Below are positions 10,397 to 22,872 of a stretch of DNA of 64,000 nucleotides, piece after piece. The notes below the pieces were generated by a model, which was not told where the DNA came from, made no database searches, and saw nothing but the letters and a program-made list of their open reading frames with translations. Origin of the DNA: an uncultured Actinomycetota bacterium (lineage in GTDB: Bacteria > Actinomycetota > Actinomycetes > JAHEKZ01); contig CAWHIJ010000003.1 in assembly GCA_963829525.1 (NCBI GenBank), positions 1,216,001 through 1,280,000 of the forward strand, written 5' to 3'. Within the stretch, counting starts at the first letter, position 1; every line of letters starts with the position of its first letter. The translations under genes were made by a program, and so were the position numbers.

Positions 10397-10863
10397 TGCG
10401 AGTGCACATCGGCTGCGACCACGCGGGGCTCGACACCAAGAAGTTCCTCGTCGCCGCGCTGATCGAGCGGGGCCACCAGGTCGTCGACCACGGACCGTAC
10501 GAGTACGACGCCCACGACGACTACCCACCCTTCTGTCTGGCGACCGGTGCGGGTGTCGTCGCTGACCCCGGCAGCTTCGGGATCGTGCTGGGTGGGTCTG
10601 GCAACGGTGAGCAGATAGCCGCAAACAAGGTTGACGGCGTTCGTGCCGCCCTGGTGTGGAGCCAGGAAATCGCCATCCTCGCTCGCGAGCACAACGACGC
10701 CAACGTGATCTCGATCGGCGCCCGCATGCACTCAGAGGCCGAGGTTCTCTCCTTCATCGAGGTCTTTCTCTCGACGCGCTTCAGCGGTGACGATCGCCAT
10801 GTCCGCAGGATCGGGCAGCTTGCGGAGTACGAGCGCACCGGGGAGGTGACACCGACGGGCTGA
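10396..10863 (+). CDS. rpiB: Ribose-5-phosphate isomerase B
   Basis: DHAG, DDYP, GGSGNGEQIAANKV, AREHNDAN. Confidence 0.95.
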   Translation: MRVHIGCDHAGLDTKKFLVAALIERGHQVVDHGPYEYDAHDDYPPFCLATGAGVVADPGSFGIVLGGSGNGEQIAANKVDGVRAALVWSQEIAILAREHNDANVISIGARMHSEAEVLSFIEVFLSTRFSGDDRHVRRIGQLAEYERTGEVTPTG

Positions 10864-10891
10864 TCCGGTCGTCATGGGGCAGTCTGGTCCC

Positions 10892-11683
10892 ATGCCAGAG
10901 GGTCACACCATCCACCGCGTTGCGGGTCAACACCGGACGCGGTTCGTCGGCGGGCCGGTGTCGGTCACCAGTCCGCAAGGGCGGTTCCTGGACGCTGACA
11001 GGCTCGACGGTCGCGAACTCAAGGCAGTCGAGGCGTACGGCAAGCATCTGCTTTACGAGTTCGACGGACGCCGCTACGTCCACGTCCACCTCGGCCTGTT
11101 CGGCAAGGTGCGGACCGCCGATCAACCCGCACCTCCGGCTCGCGCCACCGTGCGGATGCGCCTGGCCGTCGCAGACTGGTACGCAGATCTCGTTGGACCA
11201 ACACGATGTCGGCTCATCGACGGCGACCAACGCGCCATGCTTCTGGCACGACTCGGGCCTGACCCGCTTCGACGTGGCGCTGACCCCGCATTGGCGTGGC
11301 GGCGGATCCAGGTCAGCCGGCAACCGATTGCGGCGCTGCTGATGGACCAGAGGGTGGTCGCCGGAATCGGCAACGTCTACCGCGCCGAGCTTCTCTTCCG
11401 TGCGGGGCTCGACCCGTACCGCATTGGCGTCGACGTTCCAGAGGCAACCTGGCGCGGCATCTGGGACGACGCTCGCGCTCTTATGCGGGCTGGCGTGCGG
11501 AGTGGCCGCATCATCACCACGGACCATGCCGACCGCGAGTCCCTGAGCCGAGTTGTGCGCAAGTCGGACGCGCACTACGTCTATCTGCGAACGGGGCGAT
11601 GGTGTCGTCGTTGCCGCACGAATGTGAGAGCTGCAGACCTGGCTGGCCGCACGCTCTACTGGTGCCCGACCTGCCAGACCTAG
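10892..11683 (+). CDS. nei: Fpg/Nei family DNA glycosylase
   Basis: MPEGH start, GKHL, H2TH GIGNVYRAE, C-terminal zinc finger. Confidence 0.93.
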   Translation: MPEGHTIHRVAGQHRTRFVGGPVSVTSPQGRFLDADRLDGRELKAVEAYGKHLLYEFDGRRYVHVHLGLFGKVRTADQPAPPARATVRMRLAVADWYADLVGPTRCRLIDGDQRAMLLARLGPDPLRRGADPALAWRRIQVSRQPIAALLMDQRVVAGIGNVYRAELLFRAGLDPYRIGVDVPEATWRGIWDDARALMRAGVRSGRIITTDHADRESLSRVVRKSDAHYVYLRTGRWCRRCRTNVRAADLAGRTLYWCPTCQT

Positions 11684-11686
11684 CCC

Positions 11687-12931
11687 TCAGAAGATGAACG
11701 GGCAGTAGGGGGGGATCTCTGTTCGCAAGGCGGCGTCCAGTGACGAGATCGCGCCCGGACGAAGCTCTTCAACCCACCCGGCATCGGCGAACTCACGCAA
11801 AGTCGCGTCACCGAGGTAGGACGCTCCGAGCAGCCTGATGTCGAGCGCGACGTCGGCTGGATCCTTGGTCCGTGCACACGTTGCACCCATGGGGCTTCCC
11901 GCAATACGCCAGCGGCCCGCGTTCTCGGGGAATCGGTTGTCGGTGACATCTATGACCACGTCGCACTCGGTGCTGAGGGTGCGTGACGCGATCGCGGGCG
12001 GCAGGTCGAGCACGCGCACGTGCAGTGCATCCTCGAACTGTCGGGTGGCATGTCGCGGGTACTCCAGCCAGAGCTGGATCGGATCATCGATGGGGGCGTT
12101 GAACCATTTGACCGTCGCCATCAGGTCAAAGGTGAGTGCGTAACGCCACAGAGCTGCATGCGCTGCTGGATCGCTGCTCATCAAACGGTAGATGTTGAAG
12201 ATGCCGTTGTCGTGCGAGTCGGTCCACTCGGGCTTGAAGGTGTACCGCATGAATCCGCGGACTCCGGAGTCGTCTTCGGCGACAACGGTGTAGAGAGAGC
12301 TGGCCCCGTGACGGCTCGAAGGCGGATCCCAGGTCTGACGCTGGTGCCAGCGTTCATCAATCGCCGGGACGCCTCCTCGTGAGGCACGAGCCGCATCGTA
12401 GATCGGCTGCGTGACTGAGAAGTCGTCGCCAGCGTTGATCATGCGGAGTCGAATCGAGTTGTCCGCTGGAGCATCCCTCAAAGAACCGTGCGTCCTCTTG
12501 ATCTCGGTGAAAAGCCGCCGGGTGGCGCGGCCGTAGCCAAAGCGCGGATAAATCGCCGTCTCTGCGGCCCACAGCGCGGCGATCGGCTCGTTGCGGCTCA
12601 GCCCGTCCGCGTGCAGGTTGTCCAACATCGCCGTCATGACACCGCGTCGCCTGTGCGTGGGGCGAACACCAATGAACGTCACGCCGGCCGTCGGTACCGA
12701 TCCCCCCGGTACACTGACTTCGAGGGCGAAGTTGGCCGATACCCCGACGACCTGCCCGGCCTCCCAGGCCAGAAAGGTTCGATCGTCGTCGAGCACGCCG
12801 AAGATCGGTGAGCCGATCTCCTCATCAGAAAACCCCTCGCCAAAAGCGGTTTCGTCCACTTCAGCGATCTTCCGAATGGCTGCCTCGCGGTCGGCAAAGC
12901 CTTCGAGGTAGTTCTTGATCTCCACAGACAT
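11687..12931 (-). CDS. Eis-like GNAT acetyltransferase
   Basis: GV.PTHRRRG, L.AAE..IYPRFGYG, SCP2-like C-terminus with YLG. Confidence 0.88.
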   Translation of the reverse strand: MSVEIKNYLEGFADREAAIRKIAEVDETAFGEGFSDEEIGSPIFGVLDDDRTFLAWEAGQVVGVSANFALEVSVPGGSVPTAGVTFIGVRPTHRRRGVMTAMLDNLHADGLSRNEPIAALWAAETAIYPRFGYGRATRRLFTEIKRTHGSLRDAPADNSIRLRMINAGDDFSVTQPIYDAARASRGGVPAIDERWHQRQTWDPPSSRHGASSLYTVVAEDDSGVRGFMRYTFKPEWTDSHDNGIFNIYRLMSSDPAAHAALWRYALTFDLMATVKWFNAPIDDPIQLWLEYPRHATRQFEDALHVRVLDLPPAIASRTLSTECDVVIDVTDNRFPENAGRWRIAGSPMGATCARTKDPADVALDIRLLGASYLGDATLREFADAGWVEELRPGAISSLDAALRTEIPPYCPFIF

Positions 12932-13005
12932 GCCCCCTGCCTACCACCGCGAGCATCCGTTCGGCCATTGGTTTAGCGGCGTGCAGACCCCTAAGGTCAG
13001 GGCTC

Positions 13006-13527
13006 ATGACGTGGACTGCACCGCCGATCGACCGCCGCGACCTTCCGGCCGAGGGCGACGAACGCTCCCTGCTGAACGCGTTCCTTGAGTTTCACCGCGA
13101 GACGCTCCTCTGGAAGTGCTCGGGACTGACCGGTGAGCAGCTGGCCCTGCGATCGGTACCCACGTCAACGATGTCGCTCCTCGGTCTGATTCGACACATG
13201 ACCGATGTGGAGCGCTACTGGTTCAGGGAAGTGGTGGGCAGCGAGGATGTGAAGTCCCTTTACTGGGGACAGCCTGACCGCGACTCCGACTTCGACGACA
13301 TCAGCACTGAAGACGCCGAACTCGACTTCGTCGCCTACCTAGAGGAGATGGAAGCCTGCCGGCTGATCCAGAGTGACGTCGACTTGGATTCGATGGTGGC
13401 TGACCGCAGGAACGGTGACCGAAACTCCTTCCGTTGGGTGATGGTTCACATGATCGAGGAGTACGCCCGCCACAACGGTCACGCTGACCTCTTCCGTGAG
13501 GCGATCGACGGCGAAGTGGGGGAGTAG
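13006..13527 (+). CDS. DinB/DUF664 family protein
   Basis: SLLGLIRH..VER.WF, HMIEEYARHNGHAD..RE.IDG. Confidence 0.9.
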   Translation: MTWTAPPIDRRDLPAEGDERSLLNAFLEFHRETLLWKCSGLTGEQLALRSVPTSTMSLLGLIRHMTDVERYWFREVVGSEDVKSLYWGQPDRDSDFDDISTEDAELDFVAYLEEMEACRLIQSDVDLDSMVADRRNGDRNSFRWVMVHMIEEYARHNGHADLFREAIDGEVGE

Positions 13528-13534
13528 CCCCGCT

Positions 13535-13550
13535 GAGGACCTTGGCCACT
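13535..13550. promoter_or_regulatory. Possible DevR/OsdR-like box
   Basis: GAGGACCTTGGCCACT loosely resembles the GGGAC..GGCCCT-type palindrome; upstream of the MBL gene. Confidence 0.3.
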
Positions 13551-13584
13551 GGGCATCCGCTGGGGCCATGGCGATGCTGAGTGC

Positions 13585-14997
13585 ATGAGCAGTGGGATCC
13601 CGCAAGGCACGATGACGCTCTCGTTCTATGGCGCGACTGGGACAGTGACCGGAAGCCGGTTCCTCGTTCGGACGCCGTCAGCACAGGTTCTCGTCGACGC
13701 CGGGCTCTACCAGGGTTTGCGGGCGCTGCGTCGGCGCAACTGGGACCCGGTGCCGTTCCAGTGCGAAGACCTTGATGCGGTAGTCATCAGTCACGCGCAT
13801 CTGGACCACAGCGGTTACCTACCGGTGCTGGGGCGGTCGGGGCTCTCGGCACCCATCTTCGCTAGTCGGGATACAACGCGGTTGGCCGAACTGGTGCTTC
13901 GAGACAGCGCCAAGCTTCAGGAGGAGGACGCTGCGTATGCGTCGAAGAAGGGGTTCTCCAAGCATGCGACACCGAAGCCGCTCTATGACGGACGTGATGT
14001 GGACCGGGTGCTGTCAAACTTCGTCGAGCTCGACTTCGACGATGAGCAGATCGTCGGCGACGACCTGTCACTTCGGCTGCGACCAGCTGGCCACATCCTG
14101 GGGTCTGCGTCGGTGCTTTTGGAGTCTGCACACGGATCTATCGCTTTCAGCGGTGATCTCGGTCGCGACCATCACCCGCTGCTACGCCCGCCTGAACCGC
14201 CCCCTCGGGTCGACACGCTCGTCATCGAGTCCACCTACGGCAACCGGAGACACCCAACTTCTGGGACCGAGCAGCTGGCGGACGTAGTACGCCGAACGGT
14301 TGGGCGCGGAGGCGTCGTGGTCATTCCCGCGTTCGCCGTGGACCGAACCGAGGTGTTGCTGGTCGCCTTAGGTCGGCTGCTCAAGGATGGAGTGATCCCA
14401 CCGGTGCCGATCTTCCTCGACAGCCCGATGGCGCTCAAGGCCCTGGACATCTACCGCGACGCACTTCGCATGGGTCGCCGCGATGTCAGGGACGAGGTCG
14501 CAGGGTTGCTCGATGTTGCCGGACTCCGTGAGGCACGCACGTCCACCGAATCCAAGGAGCTCAACGAACCCGGTGGCCCATGCATCATCATCTCTGCCTC
14601 CGGAATGGCAAGTGGTGGTCGTGTGGTGCACCACCTGAAGTACCTGTTGCCACACGATCGGAACAGCGTGGTCCTCGTCGGCTACCAGGCCGTCGGCACC
14701 AGGGGACGTGATCTTGCCGATGGTGCGTCGAGCCTGAAGATGCACGGTCGCTACATTCCGGTACGCGCCGAGGTGACCCAGATTGACGGCTTCTCGGTGC
14801 ATGCCGACGGCGACGAGCTGCTTGCCTGGGCGTCGGCCATCGTGGAGCCACCATCGACTACCTACGTGGTGCACGGTGAGCCGGAGGCATCAGCGGTCTT
14901 GGCACAGAGGTTCCGTGATGAGCTGCACTGGAATGCTGTCGTGCCACGCGACGGTGAGACCGTCCGGATCGACCGATCACCGGGCCGAGCTGGGTGA
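13585..14997 (+). CDS. MBL-fold beta-CASP RNA-metabolising hydrolase
   Basis: VTGS, HAHLDH, AGHILG, ESTYG, FSVHAD, VHGE motifs. Confidence 0.92.
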   Translation: MSSGIPQGTMTLSFYGATGTVTGSRFLVRTPSAQVLVDAGLYQGLRALRRRNWDPVPFQCEDLDAVVISHAHLDHSGYLPVLGRSGLSAPIFASRDTTRLAELVLRDSAKLQEEDAAYASKKGFSKHATPKPLYDGRDVDRVLSNFVELDFDDEQIVGDDLSLRLRPAGHILGSASVLLESAHGSIAFSGDLGRDHHPLLRPPEPPPRVDTLVIESTYGNRRHPTSGTEQLADVVRRTVGRGGVVVIPAFAVDRTEVLLVALGRLLKDGVIPPVPIFLDSPMALKALDIYRDALRMGRRDVRDEVAGLLDVAGLREARTSTESKELNEPGGPCIIISASGMASGGRVVHHLKYLLPHDRNSVVLVGYQAVGTRGRDLADGASSLKMHGRYIPVRAEVTQIDGFSVHADGDELLAWASAIVEPPSTTYVVHGEPEASAVLAQRFRDELHWNAVVPRDGETVRIDRSPGRAG

Positions 14998-15050
14998 ACG
15001 ACTGGGTGAACAAAGTGCTGCCCTAACGGCACTTAGTGCACCCGGTACGC

Positions 15051-15107
15051 CGACGAGGCACCCTGCGGCCCGATCAAGCCGAGCTCGCAAGGTGCCTCGC
15101 ACCGTCG
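15051..15107. terminator. Stem-loop between convergent MBL and katG genes
   Basis: CGAGGCACC (15054) / GGTGCCTCG (15091) inverted repeat. Confidence 0.5.
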
Positions 15108-15122
15108 CTGACTGCTCCAAGA

Positions 15123-17805
<2,683 letters not shown>

Positions 17806-17820
17806 GCTTCGACCCTACCC

Positions 17821-17843
17821 ATTTTCTGGAATCAGTCAAGATT
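17821..17843 (-). promoter_or_regulatory. FurA operator
   Basis: Minus strand AATCTTGACTGATTCCAGAAAAT closely matches the AT-rich FurA box upstream of mycobacterial furA (as recalled). Confidence 0.75.
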
Positions 17844-17949
17844 TGTCGGTGAGACTCGGGAAAGGGCGTGCTCCCCGCTCAGCGCCCATGGCATCGCCGC
17901 TAGGCTCTCGGCACCTCGCCCGGTGGCGTAACTCATGGAGGAGCTCCTG

Positions 17950-19235
17950 ATGTCCGATCCAGCAACGACCGAGTTGACCGCGGCCCCCGGTGCGCAGACT
18001 CACGGCGGCAAGGGGCGTCGGGCCGTGGCGGTCATCTGTCGTGGTCTTGGCAATCTTGTTGACCACCCCCGCGGCCCTTGCCTACTGGGGGCAGCGCACG
18101 CTCAACGACACCCAGCGCTATCTGGACACGGTCGGGCCGCTTGTCGAGTCGCCAGAGGTGCAGGATGCCATTGCCACGACTGTCACCAATGCCATTCAGC
18201 AGCAGGTTGACGTCGAGGCGCTTCTCAACGATGCGTTCGCCGGCGTGATCCAGGACCGGCCCCGCCTGCAGTTGTTGGTCGGACCGTTGGCTGGCGCCGT
18301 CAACGGTCTGATCGAGCGAGAGGTCAACGACTTCATTGCCTCTGACACGTTCGCCGATCTTTGGGTCACCGCCAATGCCAGGGCCCAGCAGGCGCTGGTG
18401 CGACTCCTGAAGGGTGACGAGAGCGGCGCAGTCACGTTGCAGGGTGACCAGGTTGTCCTCGACGTCGGTGACGTCATCGATCAGGTGAAGGAGCGTCTCG
18501 TCGCACGCGGACTCACCTTCGTGGAGAACGCTCCGATCCCCGACGTGGACAAGCAGATCGTGCTGCTGGATGCTCCACAGCTGAGGCAGCTGCGCACGAT
18601 CTACGCGTTTTCGAATCCCGTGGCCCAATGGCTCATCGTGGTCGTCGCTTTGCTCTACCTCGCCGCGTTCATCCTTTCGCGCCGTAGGCCTCGAATGACC
18701 GGAATCATCGGGGTAGGCCTGCTCGGGAACGCGTTGTTGGTGGGCTTTGCCCTTTCGGTCGGGCGCCAGCTGTTCATCAACGAGCTGTCGGGAACTGTGT
18801 TCGGTCCGGCCAGCTCGGTCTTCTACGACACGTTGCTCGCCTACCTCGAGCGTGGTTGGCACGTGCTGGCGTGGCTGGGCGTGATTCTGGTCGCCGCCGG
18901 CTGGTTCGCCGGTTCGAACGGGTCGGGTACCGGTACGCGCTCGGCGGTCTGTAGCGGCCTAGAAACTGCCGGTGCAAGCCTGCCCGCTGACAAGTTCAGC
19001 GCAGTCGGTCGATGGTCAAAGGCAAACGCACTTTGGGTGCGCTACGTCGTGCTGGCACTCGGTGTCGTGATCTTGATGTGGGGCAACAACGTCTCGCCGT
19101 CGCGGCTGCTTTGGTCAACAGTGAGCGTTCTCGCGGTGCTGGCAGTTCTGCAGGTCGCTCGTTGGAGCGGCCTCCGCCGAGAAGGCTGGGGTCGAGTCTG
19201 ACCAGCAGCCAGAACCAGTTGGTGCCCCTCAGTAG
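17950..19235 (+). CDS. Multi-pass membrane protein of unknown function (two +1 frameshifts, ~18040 and ~19156)
   Basis: GAGGAG RBS then ATG at 17950; N-terminal TM, extracellular domain, several C-terminal TMs; corrected frame ends at TAG 19233-19235. Confidence 0.75.
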
Positions 19236-19269
19236 GTGAGCCTGGTGCTTCGTCCTCGTACGTGTCGGC

Positions 19270-20502
19270 TCACTCCGTGGCTTCGGTGTGGGCGATCGCC
19301 GGCAGCTGGCGCCACACCAGGGCCAGCGTTACGGCTGACCCCACGAACGCGAACCAGAAAGGTGCCGTCAGACCCCAAGTCTCGGCTATCCAACCTCCGA
19401 GGCCCTGCCCGATAACAACGCCACCGATAACGCAGACCATGTAGACGCTGCCGACCCGGCCTTGAAGCTCCATGGGGGTTGCGCGCTGCCGCACCGTCTG
19501 GGAGACCGCACCCCACACGAACGCGTAGGCGCCAAAGACGAACATGAGCACCATCGCGACGTTCCCGCTGTTGGTGAGTGCAAAGCCGAGGTGCGAAAGG
19601 ACCTCCAGCAGCAGACAGACCCGCATCACGTTTCCCAGATCAAACCGCCGCTCGATTCGGCCGTACAGGACCGTGCTGAGCAGGCCACCGACTGCTGCTG
19701 ATGTTGTGAGGAGTCCGAACCCCACCTCTGTCATGTTCAGATGGTCGAGTGCATACAAGACCAGTACCGCCCAGGCGGCACCCCATGTGATGTTGAACGC
19801 GACAATGACCACTGCGAGAGTCCGTACCGCAGCGTGGTTGACCAACCACCGCACACCTTCGGCGATGTCTTGCAGGACATGGGTGTCACGGAGTTCCCGC
19901 ACCGGACCCTTGGGCGTGGCGATCCGGGCAACGAGAAGGACCGAGAGTGCTACGAGCACGGCCTGAGTGACAAAGGGAGCGGCCATTCCGATGGCGAATA
20001 GGAAGGCGCCAATTGGTGGGCCAACCACTTGGTTGCCCACGAGGAATCCAGCCTGTAACCGGGCGTTCCCAAGGCCCAGATCGCGGTGATCGACCACCAT
20101 CGGAAGCAGTGTCTGCGATGGAGTGTCAACAAACACCTCGGCGACGCCCAGCAGCAGCATCGCGGCGAGAACTGCGCCGACGTTGAACACGCCGGTGACG
20201 ATGACGACGCTGAGACCCATGAGCACCACACCGCGCAAGCTGTCGGCGATCATGACCATCCGGCGCCGGTCGACTCGGTCGGCGAGCGCCCCCGCGTATA
20301 GACCGAGGAAGAGCCACGGAACCCGCAGCAACAACGCAGCCATTGCCACAAGAATTGCGTTGTCGGTTTGCGAGGCCACCAGCAAAGGGCCAGCAGCCAG
20401 GGCGATTCCGTCCCCAACGTTGCTGACGTACGTGGCGCTGAGCAGCCACCGAAAACTGCGACCCATCCGCGGAGGTGCGATTCGATCAAACATGTCGCGC
20501 AC
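19270..20502 (-). CDS. MFS transporter
   Basis: About 12 TM segments, GALADRVDRRR motif A, P.ELQGRV. Confidence 0.92.
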   Translation of the reverse strand: MRDMFDRIAPPRMGRSFRWLLSATYVSNVGDGIALAAGPLLVASQTDNAILVAMAALLLRVPWLFLGLYAGALADRVDRRRMVMIADSLRGVVLMGLSVVIVTGVFNVGAVLAAMLLLGVAEVFVDTPSQTLLPMVVDHRDLGLGNARLQAGFLVGNQVVGPPIGAFLFAIGMAAPFVTQAVLVALSVLLVARIATPKGPVRELRDTHVLQDIAEGVRWLVNHAAVRTLAVVIVAFNITWGAAWAVLVLYALDHLNMTEVGFGLLTTSAAVGGLLSTVLYGRIERRFDLGNVMRVCLLLEVLSHLGFALTNSGNVAMVLMFVFGAYAFVWGAVSQTVRQRATPMELQGRVGSVYMVCVIGGVVIGQGLGGWIAETWGLTAPFWFAFVGSAVTLALVWRQLPAIAHTEATE

Positions 20503-20531
20503 CTTCCATTCCCACCTCGTCGCCCGGTGGG

Positions 20532-21821
20532 TCAGCGGTTGGCGGCCGCGGCAGAGTCCCAGCGCAGATACACCAGGCTGGCGTCGTCCCGGAGTTCGCC
20601 ACCGTTGTGTTCGATGACGGACCGGACCACCCGACGCAGTACCTCGGCCGGGTCGCGCCCAGACATTGACTCCCGCTCAACGAAGTCGGTCAGTCGCTCC
20701 TCGCCGAACTCCTGCCCCTCCAGGTTCCGGCCATCGACGACCCCGTCGGTGTAGAACAGCAGCGAGTCGCCAGGCTGCAGCTTCACCTCGACGACGAACT
20801 TCTCCGTAAGCGTCGACAGGGACTGCAGCCCCAATGGAGTCGCGTGCCGGGCGCTGAGCTGCGGCAGTGCCTTCGACTCGCGAAGGACGACCGGATCGGG
20901 ATGTCCAGCCGATGCCCAACGTAGTTGTCCCGTCACCACATTCAACTGGGCCATCAGGGCCGTCACGAACGCTTCCCCATTGGAGACGTCGGCCACGATT
21001 CGGTCCACTTCCACCATCAGTTGCAGCACGCCAGCGCCGGCATGTTCGCGACGGGTGTTGCGGTAGGCCGACATCGCCATCACCCCCAGCGACGCGGAAT
21101 GCAGCCCGTGCCCCATTGCGTCAAACATGGCGACGTCGAGAACGTCGCCGTTGAAGCTGTAGTCGAAGGAGTCCCCGCCTACCTCGTAGGCAGGTTCCAT
21201 CAAGCCCGCGACGGTAGTGCCGTCGACGGTGAACGTCAGCGGAGGCAGCACGCCCCACTGGATCTCTGCAGCCAAGGACATCTGCTTGCGTCGACGTAGG
21301 TTCAGCAGCCCGTCGGTGTAGGCGTCGGCTGTACGCACCACGTGACCGGCTGCCATTCCTAGTTCGATGCAGAACTCCTCAACGGAGTCGTCCCACGTCG
21401 GCAGGGTCATGGACAGCACGCCGAGCTTCTGGGCGCGCTCGGCGACCAGGACCCAGACTTGCCAGCTGTCCTCACGCTCGGCAGCGAGTGGAGTTCCCGA
21501 CTGAAACACCCGGCCCGCCATCGAGCCGTCGAGCGTGAGAGCCTCCAAGTTCTCTCCAGTCGAAAGCCCGTCCGGGAGCGGAGTCAGCCGGGAATGGTCG
21601 TAATCGATGAGATAGAGCACGACGTCGAAGCCACCCAACTCGGCCACTGTCATCGCGAGGGTCTGAACGATCTGCTGGGGGTCGGCCTGCTGAACCAGGC
21701 GCAGTAGCCGCCCCAGCGGGCGGCCGTGGAGGCCGAGCCGGTCCGCCATGCGTTTCCCTACTGGTCGCTGAGACCCCGCGCCACCGCGGGACACTGGCAG
21801 CCTACGCATGCCCTCGGCAAC
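20532..21821 (-). CDS. PP2C/SpoIIE (RsbU-like) Ser/Thr phosphatase; start uncertain (21821 or 21749)
   Basis: VGGDSFD, DAMGHG, AGHP, YTDGV, DDAS motifs. Confidence 0.9.
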   Translation of the reverse strand, partial: VAEGMRRLPVSRGGAGSQRPVGKRMADRLGLHGRPLGRLLRLVQQADPQQIVQTLAMTVAELGGFDVVLYLIDYDHSRLTPLPDGLSTGENLEALTLDGSMAGRVFQSGTPLAAEREDSWQVWVLVAERAQKLGVLSMTLPTWDDSVEEFCIELGMAAGHVVRTADAYTDGLLNLRRRKQMSLAAEIQWGVLPPLTFTVDGTTVAGLMEPAYEVGGDSFDYSFNGDVLDVAMFDAMGHGLHSASLGVMAMSAYRNTRREHAGAGVLQLMVEVDRIVADVSNGEAFVTALMAQLNVVTGQLRWASAGHPDPVVLRESKALPQLSARHATPLGLQSLSTLTEKFVVEVKLQPGDSLLFYTDGVVDGRNLEGQEFGEERLTDFVERESMSGRDPAEVLRRVVRSVIEHNGGELRDDASLVYLRWDSAAAANR

Positions 21822-21880
21822 ACTACTGTGGTACTTCGACGCGCAGGGTTCAGCGGGATGCTCGTTCATCGGAGGTGCTC

Positions 21881-22345
21881 GTGTCGCTTGTTGTCGACTT
21901 CCAGGACGTTTCCACCGAAGGACTGGAGACGTCCCCGGTGGCGGAGTCGCTGGCTGGACTGAGAGCCAATGAGGCTCGCTACTTCAAGAACAAGTATGAC
22001 CACGTCTTCACGGTCGAGCCTGCGAGCGAGGCCAGCGGGACTGTTGGATGGGTGAGCAGCATCCTCAAGGATGAGCGCGACATCGTCATCGCATCTGTCC
22101 CTTTGGAGGCGACAGAGTTCGTCGCGGCAGGCACGCGCTTCGCCTACGTTTTCTATGAGTCGGGCCTATCTATCAACGTGATGTACGGGTTGGATGAGGG
22201 GAGCAAGCGCGCAGTCGGGTTCAAGTTGTCCGAAGGTATGGACGTTCCCGAGGAGCTCGCATCCCGGTTCAAGTTCGCGAAGCAGAAGTCGAAGTTGGCC
22301 GGATCAATCCGAGGCTCCTACTTCGTGATCAAGGGCGAGCACTGA
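21881..22345 (+). CDS. Conserved hypothetical protein (family I recall being auto-labelled 'phage tail protein')
   Basis: GGAGG RBS then GTG; LAGLRANEARYF, KRAVGFKLSEGM, KSKLAG.IRGS.FVIKG. Confidence 0.75.
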   Translation: MSLVVDFQDVSTEGLETSPVAESLAGLRANEARYFKNKYDHVFTVEPASEASGTVGWVSSILKDERDIVIASVPLEATEFVAAGTRFAYVFYESGLSINVMYGLDEGSKRAVGFKLSEGMDVPEELASRFKFAKQKSKLAGSIRGSYFVIKGEH

Positions 22346-22445
22346 CTCGCGCCTCGGCTGCCTCGGAGTGGCGGCCAAAGGGGAAAGGTGTGCGCTGAGG
22401 GTCGCGCTTTGACCGCTCACCCTTGAGGAGAGGAAAGTGGCGAGC

Positions 22446-22814
22446 ATGACGACAGACCCTTCCTCCCCGCGAGACGACGAGGGACCATCCCAGACGGGTC
22501 CAGCCGAGGCAGGTCCAGCCGAGGCAGGCGCACCGCCCCCGCGGCGCCCGCAAAGATTCACCCGGGCCAGCGCCACCTGGATGGCCACCAGCGCCGCCCT
22601 TCTGTTGCTGGTCTTGCTCATCGTCTTCATGCTCCAGAACACGACGAAGGTCGAGGTTCGTTTCCTTGGACTGTCTGGAACCATCCCCCTCGGAATGGCT
22701 TTGCTGATCGCCGCAGTGGGCGGCGGTGTGGTGGTCGCCATTGCCGGGATTGGTCGGGTCACGCAGTTGCGTTTCAACGCTCGGCGCACGCGAAAGAACG
22801 CGTCAACGAACTGA
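22446..22814 (+). CDS. LapA/DUF1049 domain membrane protein
   Basis: F.LQNT..V.V.FLG...PLG.ALL two-TM pattern. Confidence 0.85.
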   Translation: MTTDPSSPRDDEGPSQTGPAEAGPAEAGAPPPRRPQRFTRASATWMATSAALLLLVLLIVFMLQNTTKVEVRFLGLSGTIPLGMALLIAAVGGGVVVAIAGIGRVTQLRFNARRTRKNASTN

Positions 22815-22832
22815 AGGGGTTTCGGCCCCTTC
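22813..22832. terminator. UUCG-capped hairpin between convergent genes
   Basis: GAAGGGGT-TTCG-GCCCCTTC. Confidence 0.6.
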
Positions 22833-22872
22833 CCGCTCGGTGCCCTCGCCAACCTGCGCCTGAAGGTTCGCG

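Noticed and set aside
21881-22345. Prophage suggested by the 'phage tail' family label
   Set aside because: No terminase, capsid, integrase or other phage genes nearby
22497-22526. 15-bp tandem repeat GGTCCAGCCGAGGCA x2
   Set aside because: In-frame low-complexity linker duplication; two units without spacers, not a CRISPR
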